Assembly (NCBI GenBank): GCA_013265495.1
Contig: MU058717.1
Location: forward strand, 62,001-126,000
Direction of reading: 5' to 3'
Source of the DNA: Vicugna vicugna
Lineage: Eukaryota
DNA: 64,000 bases
In this document: one piece after another, positions 11,501 to 24,757 of the stretch
How the letters are laid out: every line of letters begins with the position of its first letter
Position numbering within the stretch: the first letter of the stretch is position 1
Made by a program: the position numbers and the translations under genes
Notes under the pieces: model-generated
What the model saw: only the letters and a program-made list of their open reading frames with translations
Told to the model about the DNA's origin: nothing
Database searches by the model: none

Positions 11501-14500
11501 TTCCTGTTTAAATATAAACCCATCCGATAATTAGCAGACTAGCAAATGGCCCACTTCTAAGACAAACAAATAGGAGCTTTGGGCTCAGTCAGCCCCACCC
11601 GAGACTCCTCCCTTCCCACCTTGCATCTGTTGTGGGGAGGGGAGAGAGCTTTCCAGGGGCTTTGGGGGCAGGATCCTCAAAAGTAAAGGACCATCTGGCA
11701 TCAAGGCAGCCTGGGCAAAGCCGTCACTAAGAAGGCCTCCTGCCTACCAGGCGGGATCTGAAAAGCTTCGCTTGCATCTTCTGGAAGCCTCCTTATAGTC
11801 CAGATCTGCTTACGGACCAGAAAGCTGAGGCTCAGAGCGCTTCAGTGGTCTGTCCAAAGCCATGGAGCTAGTAAGAGCAAGACTTCACAACTCTGGAGTC
11901 AGGTCTGCCGAACTCCAAACCAGTGTTCCAACGCCCTCCAGCCAGCCCCGAGAAACAAGGGAGGGCACCAGAAAAATCAGAATCCTGGGGTCAAATCAAA
12001 TCTGGACCGTTACCAGCTTTGCTCTAGGAACTCAGACCAATTGCAACCTCACTTTTGTTTTAAGGGATTTAAAAAACAAACAAACAAAAAAACCCCACTA
12101 CCTGCTTGCAGAGATCAATTTTGAGAACTGGCTGAACTCTACCCCGTCAAAGTCCACACACAGGCAAGGCACTGTGAAGGTTTCGGAGCTAGGATTAGTA
12201 TTTCCTGTCTGTCCCTTTGGGACCCTGGACACTGAGAGGCTGACCATCCTTAATAGGCCCGCAAAGGTCAAGGTAAAACTCTGGACCCCATTCCGATATC
12301 CCCACCGCAGAGCCATCCTATTAGCCAACAGGCTGGAAGGAAACGGGTGACTCAGGAAGGCCAGCTATCACTCTCCTCCAGTGACTCACTGAGCCCTGTC
12401 CAGCCCCTTCTCCCAAGTTTAAGCAATCTCTTGGAAATCACGTCCACCAGTCCAGGAGGCTGAGGACCACAAGGAGCCAACTCCTCCCAAAAGGGACCTG
12501 GGGCGGGAAGCCCAGCCTGGCACTCCCAGCCCCTCATTCATGCCGGCTCAAGCACTCCAAGTCCTTGGAAGAGCCCTCTGTTTCCAAGAGCCCAGGATGG
12601 CAGGAGCTGAATGTCTCTACCACCCACCTCCCCCAGAGCCCCTTCTTGTGTACCAAGGAGGCCTAGAAAGCCCCCCCCCCCCGCAGAAAGGACTCTTGAG
12701 AGGGCTTTGGTCCAACCTCCTCATTATAGACTTGGGGACACTGAGCCCTAGAGGGCATGTTTCCTTCAGGTCACCCAGCAATTCAGAAGGAGGACCCAAG
12801 GCATCTACCTTCAAACCCAGCCAATTTCCTCATTTGGAACATGCTCCAAGGACACTCAAAACAGACACCTCATGCTATCCGAGAGACCTGGGTCTGACCC
12901 TGGCAAGCCCCTCCATCCCTCTGGCCATCCTTTTCCTGTAAAGATGGATATAATAATACATCCCTCACCGTATCACTGGGAGGCATTCGTATTAGTGCTA
13001 AATAATCTCAGTGCACCTTTTAGAATGAAGCTATACTCACACATTTATTTGTTCATTCATGCAAATATTTCCTGAGAACTAACTACAGGGACAGATATTT
13101 TACTAAGAATGAACAGAGCGGAGTTCCTGCCCTGGTGTGTGGGGGTGGGAGGGCCGTGGGGGAGGAAGGCTCTGAATTTGATGGGGTGTGTTAATGCCTT
13201 CTACTTTCTTCCAGAAAGGGAATGCCTTAGATGTCTTTATGGTTTCCATAGCCCTTTCAAAGAGTAGGTACTTAATTATTAATAGAATATCTGAACTGGA
13301 AAGGGCTCTCTATTCAATTCAAACTCCTTTTCACAGACTGGGGCTGTCAACCCAGAGAGAGAAAGGGACCCAGTCTCACAGAGCCCTCCCAAGTGTGGCC
13401 CAAATATTTTCCTTTGGTAGTTCTCTGGGCTTCTAAGAATTCCAAAGAGCTCTTGCTGGATGCTCAAGGGTCCTAGACCCCCTAAGCTTCCGCCCCCACC
13501 CCTACTTCTGTGCAATCAAGGAGAAAATTCTCCAGAAGACCAGAAACATCTCGTAGCACCAGCTGGGTGGGGGATATCTCCCCGGAACTGACTGGGCCTG
13601 GTGCCATGTCTGTGCCCCTGGGCAGCAACACCTCTGGGGGGGGCTCCCCAAACAAGGCTGCCTTTAATTGGCCAGGGAGGGAGTGGCAGGAAGGCAGATC
13701 AGGGGGAATGTTTCCAGCTGGACAGGAAGAACTGCTTTTAAGATGGCAAGCCCCGCCAGACAGAGAAAGGGCTGGCTCAGCCTGGGTTCCCTTCCCAAAA
13801 CCTGTGGCACCAAGAGAGCAGGGGCGTACCACCCAAGGGGAGGGCAGGCCTTTGGCTCAAACCTAAAATTTGGGGAGGGGCCCCAATAGCACTATTGGAG
13901 GAGGCCTACAGGACAGAGATTCTGATGGCCTGGGAACTCTCTGCTACCCCAAGATGGTACCGTTTTACCTCAGTTCCCTCGTCTGTAAAGTGGGCATAGT
14001 ATAATTCCCATATGCTAGGCTTTTTGTGAGATTAAAATGCACCAGACCTGGTATATGGAAAGCACTCAGTAAATGACAACTGCTATTAGCAAAACCCTCC
14101 CTGAGTCTCAGTTTTCTCCACCTGCAAAAAGAAAAAGGCAGACCGGATCACCTCCATGATCGAATCCAATTGTGACTAGGTCTGATTTTTCCGGCCACAA
14201 CCTTGGGAGGAAAGGGGTGGGGGTGGGGGGACAAAAGGGGAAGCCCAGTGGCCCAGTTAGAGGTGGAAGGTCTGTAACATTAGCCAGGAAGGGGAGCGCT
14301 GAGGTCAGGATGAGAGAGAAGGACACCTCTCTGAGGAAGCAGCTGCCCAGGGCTGACTTCTCCCCCAGCTGATGAGTCCCCACATGTCCTCCCCCAAACC
14401 ACATCCTCCTGGTCACCTCCAGGGCACAGCTGCCTGCTGCTTCCCCTGAAGCACCTGCAGGATCTGCAGCCCCGAGCCAAGACTGGCATATGACTGTCCA

Positions 14501-16049
14501 TGCAGCGACATCACAACCTCCAGGGTCTTTCCCCTTTTCCCCACACTGCCCAGGCTGACAGGACACGCCATGCCATTCCTTCGGATGCCTCCACAACAGT
14601 TTGAATCCGACGCATTCTTCAGGGCCAAGTTTAGAGCACGGCACAGGGAGCAGTAAGAAGCAGGCTTGAATTCAAGTCCTGGCTCAGCCACTAACCTTTT
14701 GGCAAGGTTGCCCTTATTAGTTTGGGCAAGTCATCACCTCACTCTGGGCCTCAGTCTCCTTCTACCTCCGAATTCCTTGATTCCAATTCCAGCCCTAAGT
14801 CTTTAGATTCTAAACTAGCTTGAGGGGACCTGAAGATGGGACAAGACAGCAGTCGCTCAGAGTAGCATCAGACTACAAGTTAAGATACGTGCAGAAGAAA
14901 GATAAAAAAAAAAGGGACTTGGAGGCTGGCCTGCTGAAATTTGCATCTGACTCAGCCCCTTATCTGCTGTGTGACCTTGGGCAGGTTAGTTAACCTCTCT
15001 AGCCTCAGGACCAGTTTAAAAACAGTAAACAGAGGGTTGAGCTAAGCTAGTTGATAGAGCCATTAGAACAGCTATTAGAAAGCTATTAGAACAGTGCTAA
15101 GCACTAAAAGACGGCCATCACCACTGCAGGGCTGCAACTGTGTGTGTGTGGAGGGTGGTACAGCCCAGGGTCTCACTCCTACCTCAACTGAAGTCTGCCA
15201 GGCAGAAACCACTTCCTCTAAGTAATCCCAGAGAAATAGGAGCCCCGTAAAGAACTGACATTAATGATTAAACTCCACTGGACTTGTTTCCTACCAATCT
15301 GAGGTTTAAGGCCACCAAGGGGGCACAAAATCCAGGCTCTTGGGGTGGGGTGGGGGCAGGCTGCCTTTCTTTGCAATTCTGCCACCCCAGCTTCCCAGAT
15401 AAAATTGCCTCCTCCTCCTCTGGGATGAATGGAGCTTCAGGTGGGCCCAGGGCTTTATAAACTACAGCACAAACCAGAGCTGGTGCAAAGGAGAGGCTTC
15501 TCAGGGTTCACTGAGACCTTCTCTTCCCCTGGCCCTCATTCATCCCTATTAAAGTAGGTGCTTCGGATTTCCCGAATACAGAGCAGTGGAAATCAACGCT
15601 CTCCTGGTGAAAAGCAGAGGCTCAACTCTTAGTAAAGTGCTGAGTCTAAACCATCCCTCCCGTCTGCCCTTGAAAGATCAATCTCAACTTTGTAGGGGCC
15701 CTAAAGAAGCACTGGTCACCTCCTGCCCCAGTCCCCCATCCGCTTTGTGCTGATGAGGAAACCGAGACTCAGAAGGGGCAAGGTCTTCCCCGGAGCCACA
15801 GGCCAGTGGCACGGCTGCGGCCAGAACTGAGGTCAGGGCTCAGTCCTCTCCCCAGTGTGTGAAACAAGGCCCCGCAGAACCTTAAACCCCTCCCCCTTCC
15901 GAGAACACGCAGCCCCCTTCATCCCCAGGCCATCTCGGATTCTGGAGGGCTAGAAGGGGGGTCAGGGCTCCGGGCCTGCCCCAGGATCACCAGCGAAGGG
16001 GCGAGAGGGTGAGAGAAGAAGAGGTGACACTGGCTTAGTCACGTCCCAG

Positions 16050-16640
16050 CCTGGAGCCCGCAGGGGGACTGAGGCCAGGGGGAGGCGGGAAGCGCAACAG
16101 GCTGGGGGCGCACGACGCGCGGAGGAGCCACCCGAAGTCCCAGTCCCGGAGCCTCCGTGGGACCCCGAAACCAAGTTTCCAACAAAGTTTCTCTGGCCTC
16201 GGCATCTAGTTGGGGCGGCGCAGTACCCCCAACTGCCCCTCATCGCAGGATTCCAGGAACAAAGGAGGCACCGGTCCGCCCCCACGGGGATCTCCAAGCA
16301 CCTACCGACTCCGCGGCGGCGGCGGGGGCGCCCACGAGGAGCAGCAGCAGCGCGAGCAGGCGGGCGGGGGCCATCGTGCGGCTGTCCGGAGAGGGCGCGC
16401 AGGCGGGTGGCCGGGCCAGGCGCGCGGCCCTTCTTATAGGCGGTGATCGGCCCCGCCCCGGGCCCGCCCCCGCTCGCCCCCGCCGCCCGTACCCGACAGG
16501 AATTCCCCCGCGAATGCCGGGCCTCCGGGGCGCTGCGCCCGCCTGCCTGCCCGGCTGGAAACCTGAGAGACCCGCCCGATGCGCGCGGGCCGCTCTGTCC
16601 ACCCGAATCCCTGGCCTCCGGGAGCCCGGATCTCCGATCC
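16050..16640 (-). promoter_or_regulatory. SDC4: SDC4 CpG-island promoter
   Basis: Dense CpG; TATAAGAA (minus) at 16431-16438; GC boxes 16451-16485; NF-kB consensus GGGGAATTCC (minus) at 16499-16508. Confidence 0.88.
16306..16374 (-). CDS. SDC4: Syndecan-4 coding exon 1, signal peptide
   Basis: ATG at 16374; MAPARLLALLLLLVGAPAAAAES then donor TCG|gtaggt; lies in a CpG island. Confidence 0.96.
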
Positions 16641-16828
16641 TCTGCTAGGCAGGTGACTCGAGATCACAGTGCCTAACCCCATTTTACAGTTGGGGAAACT
16701 GAGGCTCACAGACAAGAAGGACTTGTCCAGGGTTGTGAATTTAGACCAGCGCCCTTCCAACCCCGTATGCTCCCCTCTGAAGGACAGAAGACTTTCCAAA
16801 TGGGAAGTGAACTCGAGTTGTTTTAAGG

Positions 16829-17110
16829 CAGGGTCAGCCATCATTTTCTGTAAAGAGTTAAACATTTTAGGCTTTGCGGGCCAGACAGTCTCTGTCGCAA
16901 TTACTCAAACTCTAACGTTGTAGCTCAGGCAGCCTTAAATACTTCAAAGAGAGTAGCTATGTCCTAATAAAACACTATTATGGACCCTGGCATTTGAATT
17001 TCATATAATTTTCACGTGTCACAAGATGTCATTCTTCGTTGGCTTTTTTCTTTTTGAACCATTTTTAAATGTAAAACCATTCTTACTGGGCTGAACATAA
17101 TAAGCAAGCT
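16829..17110 (+). mobile_element. MER58B-like hAT-Charlie element
   Basis: TTTTAGGCTTTGCGGGCCA...GTCTCTGTCGCAA matches the recalled MER58 consensus. Confidence 0.7.
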
Positions 17111-17997
17111 ACCGCAGACTTTTCTGGTTTTCGAGTGGCTGCCCGCTGTTTTCCAAAGGGATTTGTTTTCCAGATTTTGAACTTCTTAAAAAGTTTGATC
17201 TCTTTGAGCTTATCTTAATTCTCAGACCCGCTTCCACCCTTTGTAAAAGACAGTTTCGTGTCCGCCCTACTCCATATCCTCTTGTAGTGCATGTATGTGT
17301 GTTGTTGGGGGAACGGATAAAATCCTCTGAGGCCCCAAGTACAAGTACTGTTGGAATTTTGAGGGGGGATAGTATACTATGATAATCAATCCAAGTGCCA
17401 AAAGTACCTCAAACTCGTCTCTTCCTGATTTATATATTTAAAAAAATATATTACATATTTCATATATTTATATATACTTTATTATGGCATAAGGATAAAA
17501 AACTTGGCTTCAGAACTAGAGTATTTGGCCTCTGTTGGCATATTATGAATTCATATACTTTGTGAAGAGTTTGGGAGTGACTTCCTCTTTTCCACCTCTT
17601 AATTATTATCATAGGATGAAAATCTTTTGAGTCAGAGAGCCTTGACAGTAAGGCAAGCTTCAAACGCTAATCATGTTTTTTCCCTCCAGATTTAAAGGTG
17701 AGCAATTATTTTTAGCTATTCCCCAATACTCTTCCTTAGGATTTGGAAATAAACCGAGAAAAGGAATGAATTTCATGTCCAAGTAAGAAATCCTTTTGCA
17801 AGTCAGATGGTTTTTGCACAGAATTGAAGGAGAACCTAATCGTGTTGTCAGTAGAGAGGTCATTAAAAATACTTTTGGACGATAGGTCACTAGGCAGTTT
17901 CAGTTATCTGTCATCACATTGCTATAACAACACTCCTTTTGTTCCCATCAACTTCATTAAGTGAAGGAGGTTTCTCAGCACCTACAGCCAGCCAGCC

Positions 17998-18377
17998 CAG
18001 TGCTGGGAAATGTGTAACAATAGGTTGGGGGAGGCGGGAAGTGCTAATTTGTACCATTTGCCAATTTCTGTGGTGTAAATACTCCCCCATGGCTGAGTTC
18101 AAGCTACTAATGTGATGCCGTTGAACATGGAGCTGGTTATAGATGAGCCACCACACAAACAGGAGAGTTGCAAATAGTATCAAGAGCATAGATAACAGTT
18201 AAATGTAGGGAAATAATTAGTAAGTGATAAGTTTTGAATATTTATTTCTTTGTTTTTAATATAGTTTATTTCATTGTAAGTTTATATAATTTAATTTTTA
18301 TTAATCATTATGTTTAACAATTACCCACAAAATTCCTAAAACTTGAGCCAGCACAAGCTGGCTTCAGCACACCGCTG
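17998..18377 (-). mobile_element. MER63-like hAT-Blackjack element
   Basis: Ends GCTGGCTTCAGCACACCGCTG; the AT-rich body aligns by eye with 44250-44610. Confidence 0.7.
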
Positions 18378-18889
18378 TTTTGACAGCAATAAAAAAGCAA
18401 AATGGGAATAAAATTATTGCTAAAAACCCATCTCATTCTAGCACAAGCAATATTCATCCAGGGATATATGACTACTTGGGGAGGAAAAACCTTATTTTTT
18501 TACTTTTTCTGTATAATAATTATCTTAGTTTGTCAGACTGGTTTACCATACATATGTTAAATTGTATGCTTTATATATGTCATTTATTTTATGTTGGCTG
18601 TATCTCAATAAAGGGTTAAAAATTTTTGTAGGACTTAAAAAATTGAAATATATATTGTTTTGATCAACTGCAATTGTATGACAATTGTAATGATGGAAAA
18701 TTTTAATGCCTAGTGTTATGGTCACAGAAAGTTAAATATGGCAGAGAGTTATAGTAGAGTTATTGGTAAGCCGTTTAAGCATAAAAAGTACATTATGGTA
18801 AAATATTGTGGTGGGATATGGAGTGGAAATTTGAGTTCAAGTAGAAAAAGGAATGATGTGAAATTTCTGACTGTGAGGGAAGCCTATTC

Positions 18890-19215
18890 ATTTATTTCTA
18901 AATTTTTTAAATTGAAGTATTGTCAGTTTACAATGTTGTGTCAATTTCTGGTGTACATATCAATTCAATTTCAGTCATACATATACTTACATATATTTGT
19001 TTTCATATTCTTTGTCATTATAGGTTACTACAAGATATTGAATATAGTTCCCTGTGCTATACAGAAGAAACTTGTTGTATAGCTATTTTTTATATAGTAG
19101 TTAGTATCTGCGAATCTCGAAATCCCAATTTATCCCTTCCCATCCCCTTTTCCCCATGGTAACCAGAAGTTTGTTTTCTATGTCTGTGAGTCTGTTTCTG
19201 TTCATGTATTTTTTA
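18890..19215 (-). mobile_element. L1 3' end fragment (lineage-specific)
   Basis: TTGAAGTA...TTACAATGTTG...ATATTGAATATAGTTCCCTGTGCTA, shared with two other copies in the window. Confidence 0.85.
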
Positions 19216-22200
19216 AATGACTGGTTGTAGGTTTCAAATTGCTAGGGTACTTAATGAAACTGGATACATTTAGAAGAATAATATAACCATTTATTTTTAA
19301 GTGTATGAATTAAAAGATGTTAGAAATTACAACCTTTGTAGCTATTTAAACTTTTGATGAAAATGGTTAGCCATCAACTAAAAAATATGCCAGGAATTAC
19401 ATGGTTTCTCAATAATGATTAGAGAGTACACTAACAAACAATATTGAAGACTGCTAAATTGAGACAGTTAGTGGCACTATCTCCTGAAATTAAGGAATTA
19501 ATTTCCCCTTCTCCAAGTTCTGAGAATCTCTCTAAAGGCATGAAAGATGTTTGAATATAGTTATTTGTGAATCAATGGAGTTTTAACCTGTGCTCCTTGG
19601 ATTGAGGGTAAGGGTACATGGACAGCCACTACTTCGGTTGGGTGTATGTCTCTATGTAAAGTTTTCTGAGTCATGAAACTTCAGAGTCTCTCCTCAGATC
19701 CACAAAGAAGTACTGACCCCCAAAGGGTTAAAATCAACTTGATCAGACCCTGAGACCCTTTAAAAAGTTCTAATAGATCTTTTTTTTTTTTTTTGGCTCC
19801 CACAAAATAAAATACAGTAGTCCAAGTTCTGTAGAACTGAATTGAAGTCCCCAGTTCCCTGTCCCGGACTGAGACACCAAGCCCAAGAAGCTACAACCAA
19901 TCCTGTCCTTAATGGCCCACTTCAAATGCCTCCTCCTCCAGGAAGCCTTCTCAAATCCCTCATTCTCTCATTCTAGCTTTCATCTCTCCTTCCCCTGAGA
20001 CCTCTTGTATTCCATCTGTCTATCTCCTTGGGCAGACATTTCTTTCTCCTATGTTAGAGTTAGAGATTAAGAGCACAGGCTCAGGTTGAGAGAGACTGAG
20101 CTGTAATCCTGGCTGTGTAACCTGGGGCAGAACACCTTCCCTCTCTGTGTCACAGTTTCCTCATTTATAACTTGGGAGTCTTTAGAATTCTTATATCCTG
20201 AGCGTTGAGAGTATGGTTCTCAGCAGATACCTTGCACATAATGCTATCCGTTTTTGTGTTCACAAAGGTCTCCCTCTAAGAATTGTCCTCCGCAACAACA
20301 CACAGTAGATAATGGGTAATCATGTCACTATTTTCAGAACAGCTGACAGAGTGAGCCCTGGGGCCTTCTCTCTCCCAGAATGGCGACCAACCATCTCTAG
20401 TCTTTGCTCCATGCAAATTTCTCTTCAGTTCCAGATAATGACAGCCTGGAGTTTCCAGAAGCTGTGGAATGTCCAACCACTGCCTTGCATAACCACAGAA
20501 ACCGGGAACCCTGGGCTTAGAAGGACCCTCCCAGTTCATTCAATCCAACAGCACCCCCATTGTAAGATAGGCAAACCAAGGCTCACACAGTGAGTCAACA
20601 TCCTCAAGGTATTTGAAAGAATTCTAAAAACTGTACTCACCTCTTCCAATCATTCTTTTTGCTTTATTTTTTGTTATAACACTTTCCTTACCTGATACCA
20701 TATATTGGTTCTTTTATTTGTTTATCATCTGCTTCCCCACCAGATATAAGCTCCAGGGGAGCAGGGACACTGTCTTGTGTGTAGATAGATCCCTAACACC
20801 TTGCCCAAGACCTGGCACAAGCAGATGTTCAGTAAATCCTTGTTATATGGATAAATGGATGAGTGCCATTTGGATGCTTTTCCATAGGGGCTCAGACATA
20901 GAAATTCACTCATTTGGTCATTTATCCAATAAACATTTGATGAACATCTTCTATGTGAGAGGACTTTTGAAAAATCATGGTGGATGAGATCCCATCCCTG
21001 CTCTTAAGCAGCTCCCTGATTAGTGAACAAACCACTGGGGGCTAAGGACCTACTATATGCCAAGCTCTGGGCTGGCAACTGTATATGCATCTTCTCTGTG
21101 TTAGTGCAGTGCTTCCAAGTGCAAGGAGAAATGTCTCATTCAGTTCTCCTTAAGGAAAAAGGATGTGGGGGTTATTAGAAGGATATAGGTGGTTAAAAAC
21201 TAAAACTGAGAGGAAGGTATCAATTGCTATGATAATTCCAAGGGCTGGGAGGCTTATCTCCAGCTCTTAAAGCCTGCTTGGTCTTTATTTGAGGATATTT
21301 CTTCTTTCTGGATGTGTGCCTCTGTCTCTTTTACTGACTTACTGGCTCTTCTAGTCTAAATTTGGGAAACAGCCAGTCTGATTGGTTTGGCCAATGGCCT
21401 TCATTGTCTCCTAGACTGAGAGCTTTCAGGTCAGACCGCTTCTTGGATTACTAGTTGGCCTAGAGGGTGAACATCATCTAGCTTCTAACATATCCTGAGC
21501 AGAGGATATGTTTAGTTAAAAGGGAGTGTTGGACATCAGCCTCACTCTGACCCTGTGAACTATATTCTATTTTACAGACGAGAAAACAGGGTCAGAGAGG
21601 AGAAATAACAACAAAGCGGTAGCAAATCTGCCCTGGCTGACCTGCAAACACACAACTGAGAAATACATGATATTACTGTTTGCCACTGAGATTTGGAGGT
21701 TGGTTGTTATTCAGCAACAGCTGACTAATACAGGATTCAAATCAGGTTCCTTTGATTTTGTCTCATGGTGTTGTCCCACTAAGTCTTCACCTCTCATTCT
21801 TGTTCTCCCCCCAAAAAAACATTTTGGAGTATCCTGTTTCCAAAGGAGCAGTGAGGAAGATGCTGGAAAAGAGGTTGAGAGATTGGTCCCCAAGAACTTA
21901 CTACATACTAAGTTTGTGCTTCCCCTGAGGTTTCCCATTCTGATAGCTGGAGAAAGACACAGATATTAACAATTCCAAGCATTCACAGAGTGCTATGTAG
22001 TTATTCAAAAAGATTTTGTCTCAGTATTGCATTTATACATCCCACAGTCCCAGAGGGTAGCCGGGGCTAGTGTTATTGAAACCATTCTGTAGTTGAGAAA
22101 AATGAAAGCTCAGAGAGATGAAATTAGTTGCTCAGATTACAAAGCTAAATTTAAACCCAGATCCCTTGGTTTCTAACCCTGGGCTCTTTCCACAACACCC

Positions 22201-22460
22201 TACTGCCTCTGAGTCTTGATAGAGGGCATCATCTGAGCACTTATACACGGTCCACATAGTGCCTGGGATTTGCATGCTGTGGAGCCAAAGGCTGAAGTGC
22301 AGCGCATGGGGTAGGGCACTTGGAAGCTCAGCCCATCACCTCACTTCACTGATCATTCAGCTCAGCTTTCATTTTCCTACCAGCTTTCCTTGCTCCCTTG
22401 AGGTCTTTTTCCCCAGCCTCTAGCCACATCTGGTCAAGGTGGACATAGCACAATTCTTTT

Positions 22461-22635
22461 CTTTTTAACTTTTTTTTCCCCCAACTATTTTTTTTAAATT
22501 TTTTTGGGGGGGAGGGAGGTAACTAGGCTTATTCATTCATTTATTATTTTTTTAATGGAGGTACTGGGGATTGAACCCAGGACCTCAGGCATGCTAAGCA
22601 CACACTCCACCACTAATCTATATCCTTTCCCTCCC
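22461..22635 (-). mobile_element. tRNA-derived SINE (Vic-1-like)
   Basis: GGAGGTACTGGGGATTGAACCCAGGACCTC on plus, T-rich tail, degenerate TSD. Confidence 0.85.
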
Positions 22636-24619
22636 ATAGGGCAATTATTTTCAAAATGCCACAGCAACCAGAAACTGCTCTTTGCAAATAGCAAAAGCTA
22701 TTTGTTACTTTCTGTTGCATATTCTGGTTGCAACAGAAAATAACAGGGCCATGAGGTAAAGAACCTGGGTTGAAGCCTGGCTTGGCAGTTTGATTTCTGT
22801 CCTGGGTGAGTCACATTCCACATCTCGGGTCCGTTTTCTCCTTCAATAAATGAGAATCGTTGTGTGATGACACCAGGACTGTTATAAACGTGCTGATACA
22901 TCCTTGCCCTGGCTAACTCCACTCATCTTTCAGGTCTACTACTTTCACTCTGCTTCCTCAAACAGACCTTCCCCTGAGGCCAAATTGTGTTCCTGCCCAT
23001 ATTCTTTTACTTCGTTTCCTTCATAGCATTCACTGCAATTTCTGTTTGTACAATTATTTCTTGATTTTCGTTCCTTATTGTGTATCTCTCCTGTTAGATC
23101 AGAAGCTCCCTGAAGAGAGGGGATATGTCCATTTTTGATACCCAGAGGCTAGCACAGTGCCTACTACATAGTAAAGCACTCAATAAATATTTGTGAATGA
23201 GTGAATCTGCACCCCCTCTTCCTCTTCCCATCCCTCCCACCTACTCCCACCCAGCCACCCTCTCACCTCCCGGGGTGTTGTCAGGGATAATGAACTGTGA
23301 GGTGGCAATTCTTGGGCAGGGGTTGATGGTGCAGGCTCCTTTTTTCCCTCTCTTCTCAATTCCTACCACTCTGGTTTCCTTGTCAGCCTGCGAATGTGCC
23401 AGTCTCATTCCTGCCTCGGGAATTTGCACTTGAGTTCTTTCTATCTGGAATATTCTCCCCAGACATCCAGTTGGTGTCATCCTTTGCTTCAATCAGCTCT
23501 CTGCTTAAAAGCCACCTCTTCAGGGAGGTCTCTGCTGACTGCCACTTCTGAAGTCATTGCTCTCACCCTCCAGCCTCTGCTGATGTCTTCCCCCACCCCC
23601 ATTTTTCTTCATAGCATTTCTCACTGCTTGATGTTAATTTTTACATTACCGGTTGACTTGTTTATCATCTGTCTCCTCCATGAGAAAATAAATCCTACAA
23701 GGTCAGAGATTTCCTCTTTATTCCCTTTATTCATTTGTATCTTTGCCACCCAGGCCAGTTCCTGGCACGTAGTAAATGCTCGATGAATATTTATCAATTG
23801 AATGAATCAATGAAGATAAAAAGGAAGGCAAAGAAAACATCGTTTCTTCTTAAAATCAAAGTCCTGAATCCTCCAGGGTCAGAGCAAGGAGTAATTTCTA
23901 GGGAGAGGGCAGAGAGTACAGTGCCTGGTGGGGTCAGAAAACCTGAAGGGTCAGGGCAACTGTTTCAGAAAATCTCACTTCTCTCCAGAGTGTCTTTGAC
24001 CTGGGTAGCCAATCCCTGAAAGAGTTCCTGATTCAAGAGAAATAACACTCCCTGCTCAGAGACCCAGCCACCCACTGGAATGCCTGGCATCATCCGCCCT
24101 CCACAGAGAGGTGATTTGTAAGAACCACTGACCACTGAGCACAGAACACAGAAAACCAGTTCCTCAACCCACTGTGGTGTAAAGAAGTGGGAGGCTGGCG
24201 TGGAAAGATGAAAGTTCCAGAGGGTTCCTAACTCTGATCATTCCAACTGACAAGACCAGCCACACCCCAGCTGTGTATTGAGTGGAGTTACTTCTTTATC
24301 CGAGCCTCAGTTTCCTTATCTGTAAAATGGGGGAAATACATGTACCTACATCCCCAGGGCTGCTGGGATGATAAGATCATATAGGTGAAAGCTCTGTGTA
24401 AACTGAAATGTCCAGTATACTTTCTGCTGTGCACTGGGAAGAGGTCTGTGTGGAGTCAGACCGACCTGGGTTAGAGGTGGAGCTCTCGTATACCATTCAC
24501 TGGCAGCGTGGCCTTGGGTAAACAGTGTTCTTTCTCTCAGCCTCAGGCTCTTCATCTATTAAGTGGGACTGTTCATTTCACAAGCTTGTTCTAGAAAATA
24601 AATAAAGCCTAAATGAGAT

Positions 24620-24757
24620 GGGGGGAGGGTATAGCTCAGTGGTAAAGCGCATGCTTAGCATGCACGATGTATTGGGTTCAATCCCCAGTACCTCCATTAA
24701 AAATAAATAAGTAAGTAAATAAATAAATAAAATTACCCCCCCGAATAAATAAAAATA
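24620..24757 (+). mobile_element. tRNA-derived SINE (Vic-1-like)
   Basis: GGGGAGGGTATAGCTCAGTGG...GGTTCAATCCCCAGTACCTCC, (TAAA)n tail; interrupts a MIR-like sequence. Confidence 0.88.

Noticed and set aside
15062..15095. Three copies of ATTAGAA(C)AGCT
   Set aside because: Short tandem slippage in MIR-like sequence; no spacers.
24620..24700. tRNA-like sequences
   Set aside because: They are SINE heads with AT-rich tails and TSDs, not tRNA genes.
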